In this document: positions 9,673 to 17,229 of the stretch, one piece after another
Layout of the letters: each line of letters begins with the position of its first letter
How positions within the stretch are numbered: the stretch's first letter is position 1
Virus record (IMG/VR): IMGVR_UViG_3300011115_000619
Coordinates: 1-60,152 of that record
Direction: 5' to 3' (one strand)
Source: a virus
Lineage: Duplodnaviria > Caudoviricetes
Length of the DNA: 60,152 bases
The notes under the pieces: model-generated
The model's input: only the letters and a program-made list of their open reading frames with translations
What the model was told of the DNA's origin: nothing
Database searches by the model: none
Translations under genes and position numbers: made by a program

Positions 9673-9727
9673 GGCCTCGTCAGTGGGGATCACATCCCGC
9701 AGACCGGGGTTTCCCCCGGTTTCGGCC
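9673..9727 (-). ncRNA. Type II hammerhead ribozyme HH1
   Basis: GGCC-GAAA-CCGGGG[GAAA]CCCCG-GUC^-UGCGGGAU[GUG]AUCCCCA-CUGACGA-GGCC; full catalytic core and three stems; predicted cut between 9702 and 9701. Confidence 0.92.
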
Positions 9728-9731
9728 TTGG

Positions 9732-10010
9732 TCAGTCCCAGAGTCGCTCCAGATTGTCGGCGACCCAGCGCAGCGATTCCTTGGCTTGCGCGAAATCGTC
9801 CGCAAGAGCATCGCCATTTCCATCGTTGTTCCCGTGAAGGGTCAGGCAGGCACCATGCAGCATCAGCAGCCCCGTCCAATCGTCAGGGTCCACGTCCGCA
9901 GGGTGACCCTTGCCGAACATTGCCATGTACTGCAAACGGTCCCCGATAAAAGTGCAAAGGTGCGACCGCAGGTCATGCCAGCCATCGGGAATCTCAATCA
10001 CGCGCTTCAT
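9732..10010 (-). CDS. Hypothetical protein
   Basis: Palindrome 10029 plus GGGAGA RBS; stop lies 4 nt before HH1. Confidence 0.65.
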   Translation of the reverse strand: MKRVIEIPDGWHDLRSHLCTFIGDRLQYMAMFGKGHPADVDPDDWTGLLMLHGACLTLHGNNDGNGDALADDFAQAKESLRWVADNLERLWD

Positions 10011-10047
10011 TCTCGTTCTCCCATTTGAGATGCAATTGCACCCGAAA

Positions 10048-10242
10048 TCAGCGTGCCGCCCACCAAGGGGCATTGTGTTCGCGCACTGCGGCCTGCATTT
10101 CCAGTTCGCGCATGACCTGCGCGCTGGTGCGGTTCCGTCGCGCCACGGTATCGGCATAGAAAAAGTGATAGGTGAGTATCCCGGTGACGACCGGCATCAG
10201 GATAATCAGACCAAACATCTGCAGGCTTGTGGTCACGTCCAT
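10048..10242 (-). CDS. Small predicted membrane protein
   Basis: Hydrophobic N-terminal segment; palindrome 10261 plus GGAG RBS. Confidence 0.65.
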   Translation of the reverse strand: MDVTTSLQMFGLIILMPVVTGILTYHFFYADTVARRNRTSAQVMRELEMQAAVREHNAPWWAAR

Positions 10243-10286
10243 TTTTATTCTCCAGTTTGAGGTGCATTTGCACCTGAAATCCTGAC

Positions 10287-10341
10287 GGCCTCGTCAGTGC
10301 CCGCATTACGGGTCAGACACGGGTGACCCCGTGTTTCGGCC
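10287..10341 (-). ncRNA. Type II hammerhead ribozyme HH2
   Basis: GGCC-GAAA-CACGGG[GUCA]CCCGU-GUC^-UGACCCGU[AAU]GCGGGCA-CUGACGA-GGCC; predicted cut between 10316 and 10315. Confidence 0.92.
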
Positions 10342-10602
10342 TTAGAAAGGAATCGGCGACCATACCTCGGCATTGCTCGGTTCCATGGCGATGATATCCC
10401 TGTGGGGCAGGGGCTTGCCGTTGGCGAGCCTGACACTGATGCACAGGTCATCCCAGTCCGCATACTCAGCGGCACGCTCCGCAATTTTGCTGGCGCAAGC
10501 GAGTGTCTCGTAGGTGTTGTGGTTCCAGCGGCGCGTCACGGTCCCGGTGATTTCATCGCGGCTACCGTGAATTGTCAGGGTGACATAGATTGCGAATTGC
10601 AT
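10342..10602 (-). CDS. Hypothetical protein
   Basis: Palindrome 10620 plus GGAG RBS; TAA abuts HH2. Confidence 0.7.
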   Translation of the reverse strand: MQFAIYVTLTIHGSRDEITGTVTRRWNHNTYETLACASKIAERAAEYADWDDLCISVRLANGKPLPHRDIIAMEPSNAEVWSPIPF

Positions 10603-10641
10603 TGTCGTTCTCCGTTTGGGGTGCAATTGCACCCGAAAGTT

Positions 10642-10803
10642 TCAGATTGCGCGAGCGGCCTTGCCCACAATCAGGGTGGCGGTCGCGGTCGCGTCCACGG
10701 TCCCATCCAGCATGGCACAGCACGCCCCCTTCATGTTGCGGGCATAGACCAGCGCAACGCGAACGGCACCCTTGTCACGAAGGGTCACAAGATAGGCGTT
10801 CAT
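10642..10803 (-). CDS. Small hypothetical protein (53 aa, MNAYLVTLRDKG...)
   Basis: ATGA overlap with the upstream 30-aa ORF; ends just before palindrome 10620. Confidence 0.5.
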   Translation of the reverse strand: MNAYLVTLRDKGAVRVALVYARNMKGACCAMLDGTVDATATATLIVGKAARAI

Positions 10804-10892
10804 GCTGCACCATGAAGCAAAGCAATGGCGATCACGAACATCACCAAGCGACCGGGCATGGTGCCCAGCAGAAACCCTGCCACATTTTCCAT
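10800..10892 (-). CDS. Tiny hydrophobic peptide (30 aa, MENVAGFLLG...)
   Basis: Palindrome 10912 plus AAGGA RBS. Confidence 0.4.
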   Translation of the reverse strand: MENVAGFLLGTMPGRLVMFVIAIALLHGAA

Positions 10893-10945
10893 TGTGTCAT
10901 TCCTTGTTTGGGGTGCAATTGCACCTGAAAGCTAAACCATCTGAC

Positions 10946-10999
10946 GGCCTCGTCAGCACCCGCATCACGGGTGGACACGGGTTGCCCCGTGTTTCGGCC
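10946..10999 (-). ncRNA. Type II hammerhead ribozyme HH3
   Basis: GGCC-GAAA-CACGGG[GCAA]CCCGU-GUC^-CACCCGU[GAU]GCGGGUG-CUGACGA-GGCC; predicted cut between 10974 and 10973. Confidence 0.93.
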
Positions 11000-11001
11000 T
11001 G

Positions 11002-11337
11002 TTACCATGGTTCCTTGGCATGGTCCGCTTCGTCCCACCAAGGATCATTCTCGCAAGCGGGCACGGGGTCAGTCTCCGCATGGTACTGTTCCTGTAGAAC
11101 GAACAGCCTGTGACGGGTGGCCTCCGCGATATTGTCCCACCGCACGATTTCGGAGTTCAGGATTTCGGCCCGGAAATCATCAGGCTCCACCCCCTCAAAC
11201 TTTGCTTCTGCCATAAGCACCCGCAATTCGTTGCGGCACTTGCGGGCGGCACCCTCCGCACTTTCAGCGAGGGTGCGCATCTGATTGAAATCCTCATTCT
11301 CTGCGATGTACTGAAAGAAGGGGTCAAAGGCAGGCAT
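11002..11337 (-). CDS. Hypothetical acidic protein
   Basis: Palindrome 11356 plus GGGAGA RBS; flanked by HH4 and HH3. Confidence 0.7.
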   Translation of the reverse strand: MPAFDPFFQYIAENEDFNQMRTLAESAEGAARKCRNELRVLMAEAKFEGVEPDDFRAEILNSEIVRWDNIAEATRHRLFVLQEQYHAETDPVPACENDPWWDEADHAKEPW

Positions 11338-11387
11338 GTTCAATCTCCCATTTGGGGTGCAATTGCACCTGAAATCTCAAACGATGG

Positions 11388-11448
11388 GGCCATCGTCAGT
11401 ATGGGCATCACCCATAGACGCAGGGGCTTGCGCCCCCGCGTTTCGGCC
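11388..11448 (-). ncRNA. Type II hammerhead ribozyme HH4
   Basis: GGCC-GAAA-CGCGGGGGC[GCAA]GCCCCUGC-GUC^-UAUGGGU[GAU]GCCCAUA-CUGACGA-U-GGCC; one extra U after the core; predicted cut between 11417 and 11416. Confidence 0.88.
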
Positions 11449-11453
11449 TTGTG

Positions 11454-11996
11454 TTATTCCTCGCTTGCCAGTTCCACGTCACCATCCTTGGCGGCTGCGG
11501 CTGCGAGTTCCTTAAGCACCCGCACCCGTTCCGCGACCGTTGCGTAATCGTCGTCCGACAGTTCCGCGATGCGCTTGGCGAGTGCCTCAAGGGGGTCAAC
11601 CGGCGCAACATGAAGCGCGCGGATCTTGGTTTCAGTGTCGATATCGTTCTCCGCGAACCAGTCGAGCAATTCGCGCTTGCCATTGCGGGCAATCTCCCGA
11701 ATCTCCGGGCAATTTTTGATCACGCCATTGGCGTTGGCGCAATAACGGGTGGCGCAAGCGTCCGTGATACCGTTGGCGAGCATCAGGTCCTTCAGTTTCA
11801 TCACTTGCCCCTTTTCAAGTCCACCAGACTTGAGGGTGCCGACGACGACGATATCGGCCATGAGACCGGCATACACTTCTACCTTGGCTTCATTGCAGAA
11901 ACCGCGTGCGGCCTTGGCATCCTTGTCGCGTTCCATGACAACGGCATGGCCCATGGCAACGCGGGCGACGATATCGTTCAGGTTGAGCGTGTTCAT
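11454..11996 (-). CDS. Hypothetical protein, first gene of the leftward operon
   Basis: Palindrome 12016 plus GGAG RBS. Confidence 0.75.
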   Translation of the reverse strand: MNTLNLNDIVARVAMGHAVVMERDKDAKAARGFCNEAKVEVYAGLMADIVVVGTLKSGGLEKGQVMKLKDLMLANGITDACATRYCANANGVIKNCPEIREIARNGKRELLDWFAENDIDTETKIRALHVAPVDPLEALAKRIAELSDDDYATVAERVRVLKELAAAAAKDGDVELASEE

Positions 11997-12391
11997 TTTG
12001 GTAGTCTCCATTTGGGGTGCAATTGCACCCATAATCGGGCGAGATTGCCCGGCGCACTAGACCGTGATCCAGTGGGCGGGACACACTCGCTTGTGGGTGG
12101 CACGCAATCGCGCCACCCCCCATATCGTTGAAGCACCCCTTGCTATCGGGGCGCCACACAACGACTAGTTAAACCGATCTTATATTGTTAGGGCATAGCC
12201 GTTCCCATTGCAGGGTGGCTCACATCTCTACCGTTCCATAGGGGCTTCTGCTTGCTCTGCCCGGCGATGTGTTCTCTTGATTGGAACATTCATTGCGACG
12301 AACAGCCTATGGGCAACTTTGATGTGGCCTACCTTTTTCATAAGTCATCGCGGTAGGAGCGACCGCCCCTCACGCGGGGCTAGCTATTCGA

Positions 12392-12403
12392 TTGTCAAAG
12401 AAC
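12392..12403 (-). promoter_or_regulatory. boxA-like antitermination element
   Basis: GTTCTTTGACAA on the minus strand, close to rrn/phage boxA (GCTCTTTAACAA), at the 5' end of the long leader. Confidence 0.55.
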
Positions 12404-12705
12404 GGTCAGGGGCTTGTACCATCCCCCCCGGGGGACTTGCGCTGTTTCCCCCGCCGGGGCCGGTCGGGGTGTCCCCCGCCGGTGAATTGATAACGCCATG
12501 GGACCGGGGCTGGATGCAAGCAAAAAATGCGATTTGGGGTGCATTGCATCGAAAAAAGGGGAGAGTTTGGTAAAAGGTGAATGATTTCAATGGGTTGAGC
12601 GTTTGCCTGTGTCGCGTATATATTATAAAGAGTGGGCGCGGAAATCGGAGCGTATGTTCCGGTTTTGTTCCGCCCGGAATCAGAGCGAAGCGAGAGGAAA
12701 GCCGA

Positions 12706-13203
12706 ATGAGGGGACCGAAACTACCTAGTGGACTAACACCCAAACAGGAAGGCTTTGCCCGTATGGTGGCAAAAGGGTCAAATCTAACAATGGCTTACCG
12801 TGAAGTGTATGACACTGGAACCATGGCAGATAAGACTATCTGGCAAGAGGCATGGACACTTTCAAGAAACCAGAAGGTGGCCGATATGATTGAAAGCCTG
12901 CAAAAGGCTAATGAAAGCATGGAGTTGCATGATTCCGAGAAAGCAAAGGCATGGGCTTTGGAAAGACTAAAGGTAGAGGCAACCAGTGCAGAGACTGACG
13001 GTGCTCGTATTCGTGCCGTGGAATTAGTTATGAAGCACCATGGTTTACTTACTGACAAGTTGGTGACCAAGGATGAAACCGAATTGAATGCTGTAGACTT
13101 GCGAGCAATGCTTGAGTCTAAACTTGCAGATCGGTTGGGATTACTTATTGACCATGAGGATATACTTGAAGACAGCGAGGAGGAGGAGAGCGAGGAAGGC
13201 TAA
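12706..13203 (+). CDS. terS: Terminase small subunit (putative)
   Basis: LTPKQEGFAR...G.NLT.AY...Y N-terminal HTH and a ARIRAVELVMKHHGL segment typical of TerS. Confidence 0.7.
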   Translation: MRGPKLPSGLTPKQEGFARMVAKGSNLTMAYREVYDTGTMADKTIWQEAWTLSRNQKVADMIESLQKANESMELHDSEKAKAWALERLKVEATSAETDGARIRAVELVMKHHGLLTDKLVTKDETELNAVDLRAMLESKLADRLGLLIDHEDILEDSEEEESEEG

Positions 13204-13533
13204 GTCCTTGATATCATTGGGTTTTTTGGGGTGCATTGTACCAGTGGGGGGTTCACCCCACCCTAGGGGCACCCCCCCGCTGGGACTGAAGGTACCCGCG
13301 CTGTGTATGTATAATATTCCACTCACTCCATCCCTACATCTACAAATCGTTGTACCCCCTCCCCCTCCCCTGCCCTTTTACCCCGTGTTTTACCTACCCC
13401 CGGTTGAATTAGCCTCCGTTTCCCCTGAAAATCCTCATTTGCGTGGGTCCCATACCCACCCCCTGAAAATTTTGCGTTGATTTTTCAAATACCCTGTTCT
13501 ATCCCTGTTCACAGTTCATACAGGGAGGCACCA

Positions 13534-13746
13534 ATGAACTGGGAGAAGAGACTGTATGTGGCAGGTGCATTTGCATCTGTAGCCATGGTCGTGTGCTGGT
13601 ATCTGACAGCCCAGCAGGACCGGCGGGACTTCATGATCGAGTGCCAGACGGATGGCATGAAGCACTACTACTGTGTGTCGCTCTGGAATGGTGGCGGCAT
13701 CCCCGTGTTTCGCAGCAGGGACATGATCCCACTGGATGTGAACTGA
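13534..13746 (+). CDS. Small membrane-anchored hypothetical protein
   Basis: GGGAGG RBS; N-terminal hydrophobic helix. Confidence 0.6.
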   Translation: MNWEKRLYVAGAFASVAMVVCWYLTAQQDRRDFMIECQTDGMKHYYCVSLWNGGGIPVFRSRDMIPLDVN

Positions 13747-13910
13747 TGGCCAATCGCTTCACGACGTTGACCAAGGAACTGGCGGAAGCTGAGTTTGAGC
13801 TGGCAGAGGCCACAAGGGCGGTGAATGACGCTCAGAGGCATCTCAGACGCATGACTGGTTGGCACGCAGAGATTCTGCGGCTTTTGGAGGAGGAGGACAA
13901 ACATGGATGA
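13746..13910 (+). CDS. Small coiled-coil hypothetical protein
   Basis: TGATG coupling; MANRFTTLTKELAEAE... Confidence 0.55.
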   Translation: MANRFTTLTKELAEAEFELAEATRAVNDAQRHLRRMTGWHAEILRLLEEEDKHG

Positions 13911-14187
13911 CAACTTTGTTTGGTGCGTTTTGATTGGCGCACTGGCTTATGTCTTTAGGGACACGCTTCCCAGCTACAGAGAACTGACCGATTGGTATGA
14001 TGCCAAGCGGTTGGACAGCATCAACGATGCTGTTGATGACAACGAGCAGACCATGTTGGCTATCGCCAATCGGGTTGATGAAATGCAGTCGGATGTGGCA
14101 GGCCACCTCACCCGCATTGATGACCTTGAGGCAAGGATTGCGGTGGTGGAGGGGAAGGCCAAGGGGTTTGTGGGGGATGCGTCATGA
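13903..14187 (+). CDS. Membrane-anchored coiled-coil hypothetical protein
   Basis: GGAGG RBS; overlapping operon arrangement. Confidence 0.6.
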   Translation: MDDNFVWCVLIGALAYVFRDTLPSYRELTDWYDAKRLDSINDAVDDNEQTMLAIANRVDEMQSDVAGHLTRIDDLEARIAVVEGKAKGFVGDAS

Positions 14188-14474
14188 CCAACGACAAGTG
14201 CAAGCTTGAGTTCAACTGCCCGGTCTGCAACCCGCCCAAGCAGGATAGCAAGGACATCGTCAAGGCCATGCGTAATAGGCTTGATGATGGACGGGTTGGG
14301 CTTTGGCCCACTGACCAATCTCTGATGTCCAAAGCCGTCACGGAGATTGAAAAGCTCAGGGCATATGTCAGGACCCTGACGGGTCAGCTTTCTCATGTTG
14401 GCGGTATCAGCACCAGCACAGTGGAGAATGTGAAGAGAAATCTGAAGATTGATGGAGGGTGGGACCTTGAGTGA
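14184..14474 (+). CDS. Hypothetical protein
   Basis: ATGA coupling; CxxC and EIEKLR segment. Confidence 0.55.
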   Translation: MTNDKCKLEFNCPVCNPPKQDSKDIVKAMRNRLDDGRVGLWPTDQSLMSKAVTEIEKLRAYVRTLTGQLSHVGGISTSTVENVKRNLKIDGGWDLE

Positions 14475-14709
14475 ACATGGCCATTGCCCCGCCTGCAAGG
14501 CAGATATGACCGGCGGATTGATCTGGCAGACCATGCTGGAGCAGTCCGAGGGCAACGAAGAGGAGGCTGACCGCAAGGCCGATATGTATGGGGCGACCCG
14601 TACATCAGGACACTGGGGCAGGAAGATTGGCCTCTATGACATGGCGGCTGACAGGACCGCAAAGTACATGTGCCCTGACTGCAACCATGTCTGGGCGCGG
14701 GAGGACTGA
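14449..14709 (+). CDS. Zn-ribbon hypothetical protein (start may be ~14467)
   Basis: CPAC...CPDC pairs. Confidence 0.6.
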   Translation: MMEGGTLSEHGHCPACKADMTGGLIWQTMLEQSEGNEEEADRKADMYGATRTSGHWGRKIGLYDMAADRTAKYMCPDCNHVWARED

Positions 14710-15039
14710 ATGACTGACATTGTGAAGGAGATACGCGAAGTTGCTCTGATCGCCAAGATGGCGAGAGTCATGGACCTGATGTATCGCGCCGCTGAAGAGA
14801 TCGAGCGGCTGCGTTCTGTGATCGACGCAACGGCCAACCACTGGCTGGCATTGCAGCACGAGCGCCCGGTCAAGTGGGAAGGTGCAATTGACGGAGCGAT
14901 GGAAGCGGCTTGCGCCAAGATCGTGGAGCTTGATGCCTTCCTCGTTATAGCCAACGAGCAGCAAGTCGCCGTGGAGAACGAGAACGGGAAGCTGCGTGAA
15001 GAGGTGCGGCGTCTGAGGGTGGAGGCTGGATATGACTGA
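14710..15039 (+). CDS. Hypothetical protein (MTDIVK...EIERLR type)
   Basis: GGAGG RBS; shares N- and C-terminal segments with 15181-15339. Confidence 0.6.
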   Translation: MTDIVKEIREVALIAKMARVMDLMYRAAEEIERLRSVIDATANHWLALQHERPVKWEGAIDGAMEAACAKIVELDAFLVIANEQQVAVENENGKLREEVRRLRVEAGYD

Positions 15040-15184
15040 CCTGCACGTCACACCAATCAACGATCTGCGCGATCACATCTCGTCTGCGGATTGCTGGTGC
15101 AAACCAGAATGGGACGAGGGTGTCTTTGTCCATAACTCTATGGACCGCAGGGAGGAGTATGAAGAAGGGAGGGAGCCGCAATGA
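15032..15184 (+). CDS. Small His/Cys protein (50 aa; HVTPINDLRDH...CWCKP...HN)
   Basis: GGAGG RBS; below the ORF-track cut-off. Confidence 0.6.
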   Translation: MTDLHVTPINDLRDHISSADCWCKPEWDEGVFVHNSMDRREEYEEGREPQ

Positions 15185-15339
15185 CCGACATCGTCAAACG
15201 GATTGACGCGCACTTGGAGAGCGATAACGCAGAGCAGAGATGGCTGGCCTCAGACGGATTGCTGGAAGAGGCGCAGGCTGAAATAGAACGACTGCGCGAG
15301 GAAGTGCGGCGTCTGAGGGTGGAGGCTGGATATGACTAA
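15181..15339 (+). CDS. Small hypothetical protein (52 aa), partial paralog of 14710-15039
   Basis: Starts MTDIVK and ends LREEVRRLRVEAGYD like 14710-15039. Confidence 0.6.
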   Translation: MTDIVKRIDAHLESDNAEQRWLASDGLLEEAQAEIERLREEVRRLRVEAGYD

Positions 15340-15568
15340 CATCAAAGACATGCTTGCTGCTGCGACGATCCCTCATGACAGCCAGTTCCTTGCCTCCATG
15401 CTCAAAGATGCGGCCAAAGAATTGGTGGCTTTGAGAAGGCGGATAAACGACATGAGCAGGGATATTGAATCGCTGCAGGAGGAGAGCAGAACCCGGAAGC
15501 AGATGATCGATGTTTTGAACAGCATCATAAACGAGTTTGAAAATCAGAGGGGGAAAGAGAATGACTGA
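15332..15568 (+). CDS. Coiled-coil hypothetical protein
   Basis: RBS lies within the 34-bp repeat. Confidence 0.55.
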   Translation: MTNIKDMLAAATIPHDSQFLASMLKDAAKELVALRRRINDMSRDIESLQEESRTRKQMIDVLNSIINEFENQRGKEND

Positions 15569-15986
15569 CTGGGACACAAGGATGCTGGCGCTGGCAGAAC
15601 ATGTCGCCCAGTGGAGCAAAGACCCGTCTACCAAGGTGGGCTGTGTTATTGCCGATGAGGACCACCGGGTTCTGAGCATTGGCTTCAACGGGTTCCCCAA
15701 GGGCATTCCTGATGCAGGTTTGGATGACCGGGAGTTCAAGTATGCCCGTGTGGTCCATGCTGAACTGAATGCCTTGATGTTTGCCCGTGGCTCTGTGGCA
15801 GGTGCCACGATGTATGTCTGGCCCATGCCTCCTTGCTCACGCTGTGCCGGGCCGATCATTCAGGCAGGCATCCTGCGCGTGGTGTCGCCTCCGGCTGGTG
15901 AGCGTTGGAGAGAAGCCTGTGCAGTAGGTGAGCAGATGTTCAGGCAGGCGTGGATTGATGTCGCGGAGGTGCCCCATGAAGGTTGA
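15561..15986 (+). CDS. dCMP deaminase
   Basis: SKDPSTKVG, GFNG, HAELNA and PCSRC. Confidence 0.92.
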   Translation: MTDWDTRMLALAEHVAQWSKDPSTKVGCVIADEDHRVLSIGFNGFPKGIPDAGLDDREFKYARVVHAELNALMFARGSVAGATMYVWPMPPCSRCAGPIIQAGILRVVSPPAGERWREACAVGEQMFRQAWIDVAEVPHEG

Positions 15987-16809
15987 ACTGGTAGACAAGA
16001 TGGGAACTGACCTGATGACCGTGAATACGGCACGGGTGAGCTTCGCCAAGCACAAGACCGAAATGGATGCGAGCGACGAGAAGCTGATTGCATACCTTGC
16101 CAAGCACAACCATTGGCTCCCGTTTGCTCATGCGACCATCCAGTTTCGGGTCGCCGCCCCGATCTTTGTCGCGAGGCAGCTTGCCAAGCATCAGGTGGGT
16201 GCTGTCTGGTCTGAGGAGTCCCGCCGGTACATTGACGATGACCCTGAGATCTATGTTCCGGGCAAATGGCGCACGAGGCCTGCAAACGTCAAGCAAGGCT
16301 CTGGAGGGGATCTTCACCCCGGCGACGGCTATCTGGCAGGATCAACCTACGAAACCGCCATGAGGGACGCTGCGACGGCTTACAGGACGCTGCTCAAGCG
16401 TGGCGTGGCTCCTGAAATGGCACGGATGACCCTGCCGCAGTCTGCCGTCACTGAGTGGATCTGGACCGGGAGCCTTTTGTTTTTCTCCCGCGTTTGTCAG
16501 CTGCGCCTCGATGGCCATGCCCAGTCGGAAACCCGCACTGTGGCAGAGAAGATCCATGACATCTGCGCCATCCTGTTCCCGATTTCGTGGCGGGAGTTGA
16601 TGGCAAGGCGTGATGCGCCTGACGCTGAAGAGATGGCCCACCTGCGGGCTGAGGTTGAGAACTTGAAGAAGGCCCTGAACAAGGCCAACAGTGAGAACAG
16701 CAAGATCCTTCAGCGTATGTATGACCAAAAACAGGGCAAAACCGTGCCTACGGATGGGCTGACCAACCCGCTTTCAGGTGCATTGCACCCCAAAGGATGG
16801 AAGTCATGA
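15976..16809 (+). CDS. thyX: Flavin-dependent thymidylate synthase
   Basis: ARVSF, PIFVARQLAKHQ..WSEESRRY, APEMARMTLP and LRLDGHAQ.E. Confidence 0.93.
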   Translation: MKVELVDKMGTDLMTVNTARVSFAKHKTEMDASDEKLIAYLAKHNHWLPFAHATIQFRVAAPIFVARQLAKHQVGAVWSEESRRYIDDDPEIYVPGKWRTRPANVKQGSGGDLHPGDGYLAGSTYETAMRDAATAYRTLLKRGVAPEMARMTLPQSAVTEWIWTGSLLFFSRVCQLRLDGHAQSETRTVAEKIHDICAILFPISWRELMARRDAPDAEEMAHLRAEVENLKKALNKANSENSKILQRMYDQKQGKTVPTDGLTNPLSGALHPKGWKS

Positions 16810-17081
16810 CACCCGGTCAGAGGAAAATGATGGATGCGGTCCATGATCATTGGAAAGAGCATGGATACGCACCATCGATGAGGGAGCTTCAGGAGAAGCT
16901 GGGGTACAAATCTGTATCTCAGGCTCACTCTACCCTGAAAGCCCTGATCAATCGCGGTTGGTTGATGTACACACCCAACCAAGCAAGGTCGCTGCGCTTG
17001 TCCACACATGCCATCCGCCTGTTCAACGGCGAGGCACGCAGGAAAGAGAAGTGGCCTCTTGAGATGCTAGGTGAGTGCTGA
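16806..17081 (+). CDS. LexA-like winged-helix DNA-binding domain protein (no protease domain)
   Basis: TPGQ...GYAPSMREL...LG.KS.S..H..L.AL..RGW...PNQARSLRL. Confidence 0.8.
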   Translation: MTPGQRKMMDAVHDHWKEHGYAPSMRELQEKLGYKSVSQAHSTLKALINRGWLMYTPNQARSLRLSTHAIRLFNGEARRKEKWPLEMLGEC

Positions 17082-17200
17082 GTAATTGGTATTTGAAAGT
17101 CTTGACTATGCACGTCAAATACCCCGAACTGTGTACATTGGACGGTAAACGGCTGGTCACCTAACCGTTCATGCAGTTCCTCCCTGTCTCCTGCACGGAA

Positions 17201-17227
17201 GCCCCGCCCCTCAAAGGTGGGGCTTTT
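17201..17227 (+). terminator. Terminator-like hairpin directly before terL
   Basis: GCCCCGCC...GGTGGGGC followed by TTTT. Confidence 0.5.
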
Positions 17228-17229
17228 GC

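Noticed and set aside
6568-12029. Palindromic repeats as a CRISPR array or integron attC array
   Set aside because: Spacing is irregular (230-1300 bp) with whole genes in between. No cas1/cas2 or integron integrase was found, and there are no attC RYYYAAC/GTTRRRY ends.
14881-14894. Partial palindrome matches (also ~33999)
   Set aside because: Only one arm matches, so they were left out of the count.
17130-17200. Possible tRNA upstream of terL
   Set aside because: There is no cloverleaf or T-loop consensus.
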